Below, piece after piece: positions 1 through 9,529 of a stretch of 64,000 bases of DNA (the stretch's first letter is position 1; each line of letters starts with the position of its first letter). The stretch spans positions 3,559 through 67,558 of the forward strand of contig CAIZVZ010000019.1 in assembly GCA_903936565.1 (NCBI GenBank), read 5' to 3'. This DNA comes from an uncultured bacterium (lineage in GTDB: Bacteria > Patescibacteriota > Minisyncoccia > Phycocordibacterales > CAIZLB01). A program made the translations under genes and the position numbers. The notes beneath the pieces are model-generated. The model did no database searches. It had not been told where the DNA came from and worked only from the letters and a program-made list of their open reading frames with translations.

Positions 1-1516
1 TCGCTTCTGTGATGTGGTGTTTTTCTATCTTAACCAACCTATTTGATATTTTTTTATAGCTGGCGTCTGAATTTTTAATAATTTCAATTAATGCAATTGT
101 TTCCGATATGTCCCTTATGTGATTCATGGCTCGCATTGATAATTTTCTATAGTCGGAGCTTTTCTGTAATAAATCTTCTGTAATTTCATCCCATTGAAAC
201 CCTATTCGGTGTTCAATGTTTGATTTGTGGAAGGTATTTATTGTTTTAAACATATCATTTCCTTGAGTAATGTTGGATCTTGACCGTCTGTTTTGGTGTG
301 TGTTTTCATAAGGTAGGTTTATACAAACATGAAATCTCTCTAAAAAAGGCTTAGAAACCTTTTGTTTGTATATATTTATTTTATTTCCCGTACATCTGCA
401 CTCCATGTTTGGTATACCCCTGTTTCCACATGGACACTGATTCATTGCACAAATACAAATTGTGTCGCACGGCATTGTTATTGTGTCATTCGCTCTATTA
501 ATCTGTATTATCTTTTGTTCCAAAGGCTGTCGAAGGGATTCGATTATGTTCTTGTTAAACTCAGGTAATTCATCTAGAAACAAAATACCCATGTGGGCTT
601 TTGTGATTTCCCCTGAGGTAATTGGGTTTCCTCCACCTACAATCGATGAATAACTGCTGGTGTGATGTGGAGATCTAAACGGTCTATTTAAACTATTATG
701 TGTGGATAGCAACTCCAAATATTCAGCTTTATTGGGCGTTGGAAGAAGTTGGTGAGCGCTGCTTGCAAGCATGGTTTTTCCAACCCCAGGTGGCCCAGAT
801 ATAATCATGTTATATTTTCCACACAAACTTATAAGTAAGGCCCTCTTTGCTTTTTCTTGACCAATTATATTGTCTATTTTGAATTTATCTGGGGGTGTGT
901 TTAACTCGCAGTTGGTCGCCCTACCTTCCTCTTTGGAATACTTTGCCTTAATAATATTCCTTGTTTCATTATTAAAGTTCAGGTTGTGTATTAATTCCTG
1001 TAGGTGTGTGCAATTATTTATTCTAACATTTGGTAATTCTAGTTCAGTTATTAGATCAACCTGCTCATCATTAAAGTTACTGTATAAATTAATGACCTCT
1101 TGTGAATTTATTTTATTATCTAGTATAAACTTTGCGACTGAAGCTAGTGAATCATTTTGTTTTATAGACCCATCTAGTCCTAGTTCGCCAATAAAGATGG
1201 AGTTATTTAAGTTTTTATTTTGTATTTTGCCTGTTGCTGTTAAATAAGCTATTGATATTGGTAAGTCCAACAAAACACCTTCCTTTTTTATTCCAGCAGG
1301 TACTAATGAAACCGTTATTTTATGATTTTTTGTTTTAGGAGAATCAAAACCGCTATTTTTTATAGCGGACATAATTCTCTCTCTTGATTCTGTAATACAC
1401 TTATCTGCAAGACCAACAATCAGGAATGAAAATAGTCCTCCTGATAAATCTAATTCAACCTCAACATTTTGGCACAATACCCCCTCTTTTATTATTCCTC
1501 TACAAGATATATACAT
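1..1516 (-). CDS. comM: ComM/YifB-like Mg-chelatase family AAA+ ATPase (partial; C-terminus runs off the window start)
   Basis: Hand translation of the minus strand from ATG at 1516 gives MYISCRGIIKEGVLCQNVEVELDLSGGLFSFLIVGLADKCITESRERIMSAIKNSGF..., then GPPGVGKTM Walker A, ILFLDELPEF and SLRQPLE...NQCPCG motifs typical of ComM. It is absent from the ORF track only because no stop lies within the window. Confidence 0.7.
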   Translation of the reverse strand, partial: MYISCRGIIKEGVLCQNVEVELDLSGGLFSFLIVGLADKCITESRERIMSAIKNSGFDSPKTKNHKITVSLVPAGIKKEGVLLDLPISIAYLTATGKIQNKNLNNSIFIGELGLDGSIKQNDSLASVAKFILDNKINSQEVINLYSNFNDEQVDLITELELPNVRINNCTHLQELIHNLNFNNETRNIIKAKYSKEEGRATNCELNTPPDKFKIDNIIGQEKAKRALLISLCGKYNMIISGPPGVGKTMLASSAHQLLPTPNKAEYLELLSTHNSLNRPFRSPHHTSSYSSIVGGGNPITSGEITKAHMGILFLDELPEFNKNIIESLRQPLEQKIIQINRANDTITMPCDTICICAMNQCPCGNRGIPNMECRCTGNKINIYKQKVSKPFLERFHVCINLPYENTHQNRRSRSNITQGNDMFKTINTFHKSNIEHRIGFQWDEITEDLLQKSSDYRKLSMRAMNHIRDISETIALIEIIKNSDASYKKISNRLVKIEKHHITEA

Positions 1517-1583
1517 CTTTATAATGACACGACAAAAACACTGATTTGAGGTGGGTTGGTCTATATTCTAGTCAAATAAATAA

Positions 1584-1931
1584 CTACATGTGAGATTCAC
1601 AAGTTCTAGCTCCTGGGTATGCAATTAATCTTTCTTCCTCTATTTCCGCTTGGCATACTTCACAGACTCCATAGTTACCCGATTCTATTTTTGTAAGGGC
1701 GTCTCTAATATCGATTATTTCCCTTTCCAAATCAGATGTAACTGATGCGTTTGATTCATATGTTTCTATGGAGTTGGCTACCTCCTCTCTGTCGGCAGTA
1801 TCTTGGTCCTCCGTTTGTTTTGCTTCCCAAGTTGTATCACTTGATTTTTCTGCAACCTCAAGTATCTCTGTCTCTAGTCTTTTAAGTTCAACCTCTAAAG
1901 CATCTTTGTGTTTTTGTATGTCTATATTCAT
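1584..1931 (-). CDS. DksA/TraR-family C4 zinc-finger protein
   Basis: 115 aa with an acidic coiled-coil N-terminus and the C-terminal motif CEVCQAEIEEERL...ARTC, which is a DksA/TraR-type four-Cys zinc finger. Confidence 0.55.
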   Translation of the reverse strand: MNIDIQKHKDALEVELKRLETEILEVAEKSSDTTWEAKQTEDQDTADREEVANSIETYESNASVTSDLEREIIDIRDALTKIESGNYGVCEVCQAEIEEERLIAYPGARTCESHM

Positions 1932-2028
1932 GGGTATATTATATCAAATTGAAAATAAACTTTCTATAAATAAAATATAAATTAAAAACAAGTTTACTGT
2001 CTAAATTATCCTATGTTCATATACCATC

Positions 2029-3255
2029 TTATCTAGTTATCTTACCTGATGTCAGTCTGTATATTAGCTCCTTAAGAGTCTGTTCGCTCGTGGCAATTAT
2101 TACCATATCCCTATTAAAGAATGTATAGAAGAAGGCTATACTTCCGTTGGCTCTGTATAATACCCTTGTGTCATTGTTTGAAACAACCTTATCAACAAAG
2201 GGTGTATCATACTCAGACCCATTTGATACAAACATCCTTTGACTACTGGAAGAGCTTGAACTTGAGGTTGTGGCTGGAGAACTCGATGTTGAAAACGTGG
2301 TTGAGGCTGTTGAAGAAGATTGTACCACTGCAGGTTCTTTAAATGAGAAGACACTCTCGTTTTTAAACATAAAATCGCTTAAATCTGCATACATACTTCC
2401 CTCCCATTCCAACATACCAGCAAAAACAGAATCGTAATTAGTTGATTTTAATATAATAAATGGCTCATTAGATTCATAAGAATAATAACCAAAAACATAT
2501 TCATTCTTTACGTTTCTCAGAAGTAAATCTGGAGCGCTGGGTGCAAATATTTTTAAAAACTCTGAGGCTAATATTGGTGCTGTGTTTGTGCTATTTGTCG
2601 TATTGAATGAAATTGATTTTACCTTGCCCGATGAAAACTTTATTGATGACTCCTTTAGAATTTCATTAATTAGCAACGTCCTGTTCTTGCCTTGTACAAA
2701 CATTGGGATACTTATTTCTGAATATAAAATTCCATTAACAACTTGTTGGCTCGGGTTTTTTTGAAGTTCAATTTGGTCTGGTGTTTTGGCAGAATTAAAA
2801 CCAATGTATGCAAAACCCCCTATAATCAAGATGCAAATTATAAAAACTAAGATTTTAGCAGCTACATGATTATTTTTTTTATTAAAATCGGTGGTGTTAT
2901 CCGCACTGCTGTGCATTTTCTGATTGTTTGCGGCCATTATTTTACCAAGAGAAAAACCTCCCTTAGATGATTCATTGGCTAAATCGTCTTTAAAGGTGTG
3001 GACAGAGCTTGTTTTATATATTGAGTTTGGATCGTTCGACGGTTCTGATGTTTGATTTTTGTTTGGATTCTGCATTACATCAGACAGGTGAAACAGAGGC
3101 CTTTCTGAGCCTTCTGAATTATTGTTTCCAAATGAAGTTTGAGCCTGATTAAGGTTTTGTGTTGCGGGGGTTGTCGAAATACCTCCCTCTCCACTTCCAC
3201 CAGCTCTATCAGCGTTTGGGTAAAGGTGTGTAGGTTTGTTTTCTGTTGGTTCCAT
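2029..3255 (-). CDS. hypothetical single-pass membrane protein with Ser/Thr-rich low-complexity segments
   Basis: 408 aa with a disordered N/S/Q-rich N-terminal region, one hydrophobic helix (AAKILVFIICILIIGGFAYIGF) and a C-terminal domain containing poly-Ser/Thr runs. I see no recognizable catalytic motif. Confidence 0.35.
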   Translation of the reverse strand: MEPTENKPTHLYPNADRAGGSGEGGISTTPATQNLNQAQTSFGNNNSEGSERPLFHLSDVMQNPNKNQTSEPSNDPNSIYKTSSVHTFKDDLANESSKGGFSLGKIMAANNQKMHSSADNTTDFNKKNNHVAAKILVFIICILIIGGFAYIGFNSAKTPDQIELQKNPSQQVVNGILYSEISIPMFVQGKNRTLLINEILKESSIKFSSGKVKSISFNTTNSTNTAPILASEFLKIFAPSAPDLLLRNVKNEYVFGYYSYESNEPFIILKSTNYDSVFAGMLEWEGSMYADLSDFMFKNESVFSFKEPAVVQSSSTASTTFSTSSSPATTSSSSSSSSQRMFVSNGSEYDTPFVDKVVSNNDTRVLYRANGSIAFFYTFFNRDMVIIATSEQTLKELIYRLTSGKITR

Positions 3256-3263
3256 TTGATATA

Positions 3264-3995
3264 TTATATATCAAATTTGGAATCTGGTCTTGCATCTTCG
3301 TCGAAAAAATCAAAATCTTCCCTTTTTTGGCTAAACTTGGTGTTTGTATTCTTTAGTGTGGTGTTCGCTGAAATACCTGTATTTCTTGTTGTTGTTTTGT
3401 TTTGTCTTTTTGTCTTTAATGATGAATTGGAATTAGAGGAATTATTACTCCTATTTTCTATAGCCTGGTTTCCCTGTCCTCCGTTGCCCTGCATCATTAC
3501 ATACTTCGATGGCGTGTCGCACATGTCAATAAAGTCGTCAGCTACTTCTCTAAGTTTTTGTGATGATGATTTACCAAAAGATATTACCTCTACCTGACAA
3601 CCCTCGTTTGTTTGAAGATATTCTACAAGTGGAATAAAGTCCCCGTCTCCAGAGGCTATAATAACTGTGTCCAGTTTTGGTGCTAGTTTAATTGCGTCAA
3701 CAGCAAGACCTACGTCCCAGTCCCCTTTTTTGGCTCCGCCGCTGAATATTTGCAAGTTTTTTGTTTTAGTTTCTATTCCTAGTTTTCCAAGTGCATCGAA
3801 GAAGTTTGTTTCATCGCCACTTTCGGTTGTGATCACATAGGCAATGGCTCTAATTAGAGATCTGCCTGCGACTACCTCCTTCATTATTGCGCCGAAATTT
3901 ACTCTAGCGTGATATAGATTTTTTGCACTGTGATAAAGATTTTGAGTATCAATAAAAACTCCAACACGTTGTTGTTTGTGTTTAATTACTGTCAT
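3264..3995 (-). CDS. NYN/LabA-like (DUF88) PIN-fold domain protein
   Basis: N-terminal RVGVFIDTQNLYHSAKNL...IASGDGDFIPLV pattern characteristic of NYN/LabA domains, with a low-complexity Asn/Ser/Thr-rich C-terminal tail. Confidence 0.55.
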   Translation of the reverse strand: MTVIKHKQQRVGVFIDTQNLYHSAKNLYHARVNFGAIMKEVVAGRSLIRAIAYVITTESGDETNFFDALGKLGIETKTKNLQIFSGGAKKGDWDVGLAVDAIKLAPKLDTVIIASGDGDFIPLVEYLQTNEGCQVEVISFGKSSSQKLREVADDFIDMCDTPSKYVMMQGNGGQGNQAIENRSNNSSNSNSSLKTKRQNKTTTRNTGISANTTLKNTNTKFSQKREDFDFFDEDARPDSKFDI

Positions 3996-4215
3996 GTTTT
4001 GAATTAAGTTTAAAATGAACCATTAATATGGTTTAAGTCTGTTTATTAAAATTCCATGCGTTACCGGTTCTGAATTTTTCTAACCTAGAAGCAAAACAAT
4101 AATTCTTATTTTTTAAAACTTAGAGATGTACGTATTTTATTCATGTAAATCTCTATTGCATATTCCGCTAGTAGTATTCTACTCTTCACACCCTAGGGTG
4201 TGTCTATAAAAATGG

Positions 4216-4491
4216 TTAGGCTGACTTTTTCTTCAAATCAAGCTTCTTTACCACAACATCATATCTTGCAACGTTCTTTTTCAATAGATATTTCAAAAGA
4301 GTTTGTCTGTCTGCAACCATTTGCAAAAGACCTCTTCTTGAGTGATTGTCTTTTGCATGAGTTTTAAGGTGTTTTGTTAATTCTGTAATTCTTGTACTTA
4401 AAATAGCGATCTGTGCTTCAGCACTTCCTGTATCGCTTGCGTGAATCTGAACCTCTTTTATAATTTTTTGCTTCTTTGCTTTGGTTAACAT
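4216..4491 (-). CDS. rpsO: 30S ribosomal protein S15
   Basis: From the internal Met, MLTKAKKQKIIKEVQIHASDTGSAEAQIAILSTRITELTKHLKTHAKDNHSRRGLLQMVADRQTLLKYL... reads as full-length S15 (~91 aa). The ORF-track start at 4539 is probably too far upstream. Confidence 0.85.
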   Translation of the reverse strand: MLTKAKKQKIIKEVQIHASDTGSAEAQIAILSTRITELTKHLKTHAKDNHSRRGLLQMVADRQTLLKYLLKKNVARYDVVVKKLDLKKKSA

Positions 4492-4606
4492 GGTGTGGTG
4501 ATAATAGCATGAAAGACTGTTGTGGGCAAGTGTTTTCAAGACCGTTTAGCAAAATTGCCCTAACTATGATTTTGGAGAATCACCCACCGGGTGCTATAAT
4601 TTTGAT

Positions 4607-5599
4607 ATGTCGCACAATAATATTGCCCCCAGTCCTAGCGGCGGCTCAAATTATAGGCCAAGATCTTCATCGGAGGTGGGTTTAACTACTCTTAAGAGGC
4701 ATTTTTTGGAATATACCGAGATAGAAAAGGGTCGCAGTCTAAAGACCGTTGAGAATTATGATCGATACTTGAATCTGTTCCTTGAGTTTTTAAAGTCCGA
4801 TTCCCCATCTGACATAACAGAGGATAGACTTAGGGAGTATCGATTGTTTCTAAATAGACGTTCATTTGCAACAAAATTGGGTAGTAGTCTAATAAAGAAA
4901 AGAACCCAAAACTACTACTTAATAGCACTTAGGGCGTATTTTAAGTATATTTCCAAGCGTGGAATACAAATATTGTCTCCTGACAATATTGAGCTGGCAA
5001 AGGTCCCAGAAAGGCAAATTGACCATATTTCTATAGAGGAGCTGGACAGGATATTAAGTGCACCCAACGATGAGAAGGAGGACAAGAAAAGACTAAGGGA
5101 TAAGGCGATTTTAGAACTACTATTCTCGACGGGTCTTCGTGTATCAGAATTGTGTTCCCTACCTCGAGATTTAGACTTAAATAAGGACGAGTTCTCTGTT
5201 AGGGGTAAGGGTGACAAAGTTAGGGTTGTCTTTATGTCAGAAGTCGCAAAACAGGCTTTAAGAAACCATTTAAATAAAAAGATTGATGTTTCTAGTGGTT
5301 TAATGTTTGGTATTACCCCAAGATCTGTAGAAAGGCTTGTAAAATACTACACAATTAAGGCTGGAGTCTCTAAAAAAGTCACTCCTCACGTTATAAGACA
5401 CAGTTTTGCTACTGATTTGTTGCAAAATGGAGCTGATTTACGCTCAGTGCAGGCGCTTCTCGGACACGCCAATATATCAACGACACAAATTTATACACAC
5501 GTGACCGATAAGCATCTCAAGGACATACATAAGAATTTTCACGGACACGGTGCGGCAGGAGCTAAGGGGAGAAATTTTGTTCAAGAAAGTGTGCGGTAA
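4607..5599 (+). CDS. xerC: tyrosine site-specific recombinase, XerC/XerD family
   Basis: Core-binding-like N-terminus (RSLKTVENYDRYL) and C-terminal catalytic box HVIRHSFATDLLQNGADLRSVQALLGHANISTTQIYTHV containing the R-H-R-Y residues. Assignment as XerC versus XerD is not resolved. The N-terminal ~25 aa may be an overcall. Confidence 0.75.
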   Translation: MSHNNIAPSPSGGSNYRPRSSSEVGLTTLKRHFLEYTEIEKGRSLKTVENYDRYLNLFLEFLKSDSPSDITEDRLREYRLFLNRRSFATKLGSSLIKKRTQNYYLIALRAYFKYISKRGIQILSPDNIELAKVPERQIDHISIEELDRILSAPNDEKEDKKRLRDKAILELLFSTGLRVSELCSLPRDLDLNKDEFSVRGKGDKVRVVFMSEVAKQALRNHLNKKIDVSSGLMFGITPRSVERLVKYYTIKAGVSKKVTPHVIRHSFATDLLQNGADLRSVQALLGHANISTTQIYTHVTDKHLKDIHKNFHGHGAAGAKGRNFVQESVR

Positions 5600-5638
5600 T
5601 TTATAATGGACAGTAATTAATGGATGTCTTTTAAATAT

Positions 5639-6436
5639 ATGAAAAAACAAATAAGTATAATTTCATGGAATGTAAACGGAATTCGCGCTATTTATAAAAA
5701 AGGTGCGTTTGATGCAATAATGCAACACAACACAGATTTCTTGTGTTTTCAAGAGACAAAAGCTCATGTCGAACAGTTAGATAAAAATTTGGCTAATCCA
5801 GATGGTTATGTAAGTTATTTTGACCATGCAAAGACGAGAAAGGGTTATAGTGGTGTTGTTGTGTACATGAAAGACTCCTTACCTAAACCTAAAAAAGTTG
5901 AATACGGTTTTGGTATAAAAGAAATGGATCAAGAAGGAAGAATGATCTGCTTAGTCTTTGAAAAGTGGGCGCTAATTAATTGTTATTTTCCAAATGGTGG
6001 TGGGGCGCCGGAGAGGTTGACATACAAATTAGATTTCTACAAAGAATTTCTACAATACTGTAAAAAGCTCACAAAACAAGGGTTAAATGTAATCTTTTGT
6101 GGTGATGTTAATGCAGCGCATACAGAAATTGATCTTGCTAGGCCTAAAGAAAATGCTAAAAGTATCGGATTTTTACCAGAAGAACGTGCTTGCATCGATG
6201 GTTTTGTAAACGCTGGGTATGTTGACGTATTTAGAGAATTAAACCCCGAAACGAAAGACGTATATACGTGGTGGGACATGAAGACATTTTCACGAGATAG
6301 AAATGTTGGATGGAGAATAGATTACTTTTTTGCATCAAAAAAAATAATTAATGATGTTAAAAACTTTACAACAGAATCAAAATTTTTAGGTTCAGATCAC
6401 TGTCCAATCAAAATAGCTGTGGATAACTTATTTTAA
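5639..6436 (+). CDS. xth: exodeoxyribonuclease III (AP endonuclease, Xth family)
   Basis: ISWNVNGIRA N-terminal motif, a catalytic Glu in FLCFQETK, and GDVNAAHTEIDL...WW...SDHCP motifs. The ORF-track start at 5624 or the internal Met at 5639 are both possible. Confidence 0.8.
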   Translation: MKKQISIISWNVNGIRAIYKKGAFDAIMQHNTDFLCFQETKAHVEQLDKNLANPDGYVSYFDHAKTRKGYSGVVVYMKDSLPKPKKVEYGFGIKEMDQEGRMICLVFEKWALINCYFPNGGGAPERLTYKLDFYKEFLQYCKKLTKQGLNVIFCGDVNAAHTEIDLARPKENAKSIGFLPEERACIDGFVNAGYVDVFRELNPETKDVYTWWDMKTFSRDRNVGWRIDYFFASKKIINDVKNFTTESKFLGSDHCPIKIAVDNLF

Positions 6437-6984
6437 TAAAAATATTCCCCTCTGTAACCCCAAGCGTAAATTCCATAGTGTCCTTTATTAAAGGCCTTAA
6501 TCTAGCTTAAGGAAATTTAAAAAGTTATCCACAAGAATTATTGCAAATGTCCTTTACATGTCCTTTATTAGAATTATAATAAAGGACAGATGAGCAACCC
6601 AACATCGGGTAACAGAGTTCTTTCCGGAAGCTGTATAGTGGTAAGGATTAGTTGGTGATAAAGGACATTTTACGTTCTCCCACAACCATCTTAGTGAGTC
6701 CTATATCTGGGCATCACATTTTAACAGAGAGCACAGTCTTAAACTGGCTTGTTCCCCAACCATAAAGGCGACCAATACAATTAAATAAATAAATTTTCAA
6801 TCTCATTTCAATCGTCTCGTCTCATCTCAATTTCGGTTTCGTTTCGGATTCGGTGGTTACGGGTTTTTTTCCACCATTTCCACACTTGTAACGGCAGGGC
6901 CTTAGTACGGCCGCACCATTTATAACCTTTGTTGCGCCCAGTACTGAGGCTCTTTTTATTGCTTGTTTTTTTAATATATAAACG

Positions 6985-7028
6985 AATAGCCGTTACACAT
7001 GTAACATGTTACATGTGTAACGGCTATT
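6985..7028 (-). terminator. 44-nt perfect palindrome (21-bp stem, 2-nt loop) followed by a U-rich tract on the minus strand; probable cca terminator
   Basis: Sequence is aatagccgttacacatgtaac-at-gttacatgtgtaacggctatt. It lies directly downstream of the minus-strand cca stop at 7070, and the minus strand continues TTTATATATTAAAAAAA. Confidence 0.6.
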
Positions 7029-7069
7029 GTTGTGATATGTGCGGTACACATCACCGACCTATTCTGAGG

Positions 7070-8743
7070 CTATCTTATATCATGCTTCTTTCTAATTTCT
7101 GCGACCTGGACATCCTCCAGATCCTTTTTCTTGCTAATTCCCTTCTCCGACAGCTCTTTTAAATGTTTCATGGGTAACATTGTTAGTTCCAGCGCTCTGT
7201 TTTTTAGATATTCTACTGTATTTAATTCAGGTTTTTCCAATACTTCTTCAAGTAATGCATTTAATGTTAGGCCTATAACAGGTCCCGCTTGAATGCTCAG
7301 CTCATTTAATAGTGTATTTCCGTCAATTTTAAGCATTCCCACGCTAATTGGATCCAACATAACTTCATCTATTAATGCCCTATACTTCCTTAATCTGTAT
7401 GGATTTTCTTTTGGCCTTCCTGTCCCTACCCTGTCGCATGTCCTTAAGTCCAATAGATCCCAAATGTTTTCCTTACCAACGTTCACAATCATTCTTCTGA
7501 CCGCAGATGCTGTTATTTGCTCTGTATCCGAGAAAAACATGTGCCAGCGTATAAGTTTCGTGACAAATTCAACTGTTTTGGTTGGATACTTCATTCTTTC
7601 CAGTATTACCTTTGTCATTTTAGCCCCAACAACCTCGTGCCCATAGAAAGTTATATCTTCAGTCGAGTCTCCTCTTTTTGTCGGCGGTTTACCGATGTCG
7701 TGAAATAATGCAGCTAGTCGTATATCAAGTCTCCAGTTCTTGTCTGCTGCGCATTGGCAGCTTCTAAGTAAATGTTCAAAAACATCATATGAATGTGCTT
7801 GATTCTGTTTCACGTGTACCGATGATTCGAGTTCTGGTAAAAATGACTTGGTTAAATTGAGTTTTTGGGCCATTGCAATACCCAATGCCGGCTGGCTGGA
7901 CATAAGTATCTTGTTGAATTCGTCTCTAATTCGCTCTATTGATATCTTATTTAGGTTATCAGACTGAGATATTATCGCGTTTTGTGTATCAATGTTAATC
8001 ATGAAACCTAATTCTGCGGTAAAACGCACCGCCCTTATTAGTCTTAATCCATCTTCATTAAACCTCTTTACAGGATCCCCTACCGCTCTAATGACCCTGT
8101 CCTCTATGTCCTTTATTCCATTGTACTCATCAATAACAATGTCCTTTACTGAGTCGTAAGCAATAGCATTCATTGTGAAGTCCCTTCTAAGTAGGTCGTC
8201 CTTTATATCATCGCTAAAGGACACCTCATCTGGATGTCTTCCGTCTGAATAGCCACCCTCTGTTCGGTATGGGGTTACTTCTATTATTTCAGTCAATTCA
8301 ATTGTGTCTACCACCCCTTCGGTTGAGTTGTCCACACCTGTGTTGTTTTTGTTGCCCGCCTCCTTTTTGCCGGCGTCTACTTCCCTTCTAATTTTAACCC
8401 CAACTGTTCCAAAGGTGTTTTCGTAAAAAGCATCTTCAAAAACCCCTAGTATTTGTTCAGGTTTAGCATTGGTTGTAACGTCCCAGTCTTTTGGTGTCCT
8501 CTTTAGAATAATGTCTCGTACGCATCCCCCCACTAGATATGCTGAAAAACCTGCGTTCTGCAGTTTGATTAAGACTTCCTGTACATATTCAGGTATTAGC
8601 TTCTTGTCGATTTTGTCAGAAAGCCTTTCCTTTGGCTCTATATTTGAATTGTTGTTCAAATGGTGTTTGTTCATTAAATAGAATATTAGTACATCTTTTG
8701 ATTTTTTGCTATCTATGATGTAGACTACTGCCAAGATATTCAA
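7070..8743 (-). CDS. cca: CCA-adding tRNA nucleotidyltransferase / poly(A) polymerase family with HD domain
   Basis: GGCVRDIILKRTPKDWDVTT (GGxVRD head-domain motif), RxDFTMNA, and an HD-domain motif LFHDIGKP...H. The start may instead be the internal Met near 8674. Confidence 0.75.
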   Translation of the reverse strand: MNILAVVYIIDSKKSKDVLIFYLMNKHHLNNNSNIEPKERLSDKIDKKLIPEYVQEVLIKLQNAGFSAYLVGGCVRDIILKRTPKDWDVTTNAKPEQILGVFEDAFYENTFGTVGVKIRREVDAGKKEAGNKNNTGVDNSTEGVVDTIELTEIIEVTPYRTEGGYSDGRHPDEVSFSDDIKDDLLRRDFTMNAIAYDSVKDIVIDEYNGIKDIEDRVIRAVGDPVKRFNEDGLRLIRAVRFTAELGFMINIDTQNAIISQSDNLNKISIERIRDEFNKILMSSQPALGIAMAQKLNLTKSFLPELESSVHVKQNQAHSYDVFEHLLRSCQCAADKNWRLDIRLAALFHDIGKPPTKRGDSTEDITFYGHEVVGAKMTKVILERMKYPTKTVEFVTKLIRWHMFFSDTEQITASAVRRMIVNVGKENIWDLLDLRTCDRVGTGRPKENPYRLRKYRALIDEVMLDPISVGMLKIDGNTLLNELSIQAGPVIGLTLNALLEEVLEKPELNTVEYLKNRALELTMLPMKHLKELSEKGISKKKDLEDVQVAEIRKKHDIR

Positions 8744-8755
8744 AAGAGGGTATAT

Positions 8756-8827
8756 GCACCCGTAGTGAAATGGATATCACACCAGTCTTCGAAACTGTTA
8801 TTCTAGGTTCGAATCCTAGCGGGTGCA
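8756..8827 (+). tRNA. tRNA-Arg (anticodon TCG)
   Basis: Hand-folded cloverleaf: acceptor GCACCCG/CGGGTGC, anticodon arm CAGT-cTTCGAa-ACTG with loop CTTCGAA, and T-arm CTAGG-TTCGAAT-CCTAG. CCA is not encoded. Confidence 0.8.
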
Positions 8828-8858
8828 CAATTATAATTTTATGTTATAATAAAAAAAA

Positions 8859-8929
8859 GCGGGTATGGTTTAGTGGTAGAATGCGTCCTTGCCAAGGACG
8901 AGACGAGAGTTCGATTCTCTCTATCCGCA
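8859..8929 (+). tRNA. tRNA-Gly (anticodon GCC)
   Basis: Acceptor GCGGGTA/TATCCGC, D-loop TAGTGGTAGAA, anticodon arm CGTCC-TTGCCAA-GGACG, and T-arm AGAGTTCGATTCTCT. Confidence 0.8.
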
Positions 8930-9529
8930 CTACATTACGGTCCTGATATGTGAACCTTAAGACTTTTTTAGGTTATTTGGTGCTTATTTTGATTACTCTG
9001 TCTCTGTTGGTATCTAGGCCTGTACCCCACCGCCCAGCAAGGAACCATGTGTGTATATAGCCCGATCAAGGACTTGTCCCCAACAAAGTCCTATAAATGT
9101 CCTAAACTGTGGATAACTCTGGGGATATGTGTATAAAAGACATATTTGAATGGCTTTTACCGGAACGTTATTTTTCAACGATTAGTGGTTTGTGGGCCTA
9201 TAAATAAGGATTATAACTGTGGATATCTCAGAATAAGTGTCTTTTAGTTGTCCTCTAATATGTGGCACGTGAAACGCTGATTTTGTGTGTAAAACCATGT
9301 ATTTAGCTCATTTGGGTGGTTTCATGTGTACCAAATTTACGTTTAGGCTATGGCTAATGCTCAGTCTGTCAAAGTTAAAATATTGTTAATATGCTTATTT
9401 TGCTTAGCTTCTACACAAGAACAATGTGATTACAAATAAAATTACTAAATTCTTTAGGAAAAATTTATAGAGGCATTATGTGCTTTGTTTATGATTATCT
9501 TGTTATAAAATAATAAGTGAATAATAAAT

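Noticed and set aside
362-1247. Plus-strand ORFs 362..568, 462..653 and 870..1247
   Set aside because: They lie antisense within the well-supported minus-strand comM-like gene (1..1516). They are low-complexity and carry no motifs.
4166-4195. 16-nt perfect palindrome CACACCCTAGGGTGTG between the NYN-domain gene and rpsO as a terminator
   Set aside because: There is no U-run on either strand after the stem. It is noted as a possible protein-binding site but was not called.
4476-4685. 69-aa plus-strand ORF spanning the rpsO start and xerC upstream region
   Set aside because: It overlaps both confident genes, and its translation has no features.
6437-7069. Possibility that this tract encodes RNase P RNA, tmRNA or SRP RNA
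   Set aside because: I looked for GGAAAGTCCGG and ACAGARCCGGCTTA (RNase P), the GGGG...tag-peptide...CCA layout (tmRNA), and GGTCCGGAAGGAAGCAGC (SRP RNA) on both strands. Only weak partial matches turned up, so none was called.
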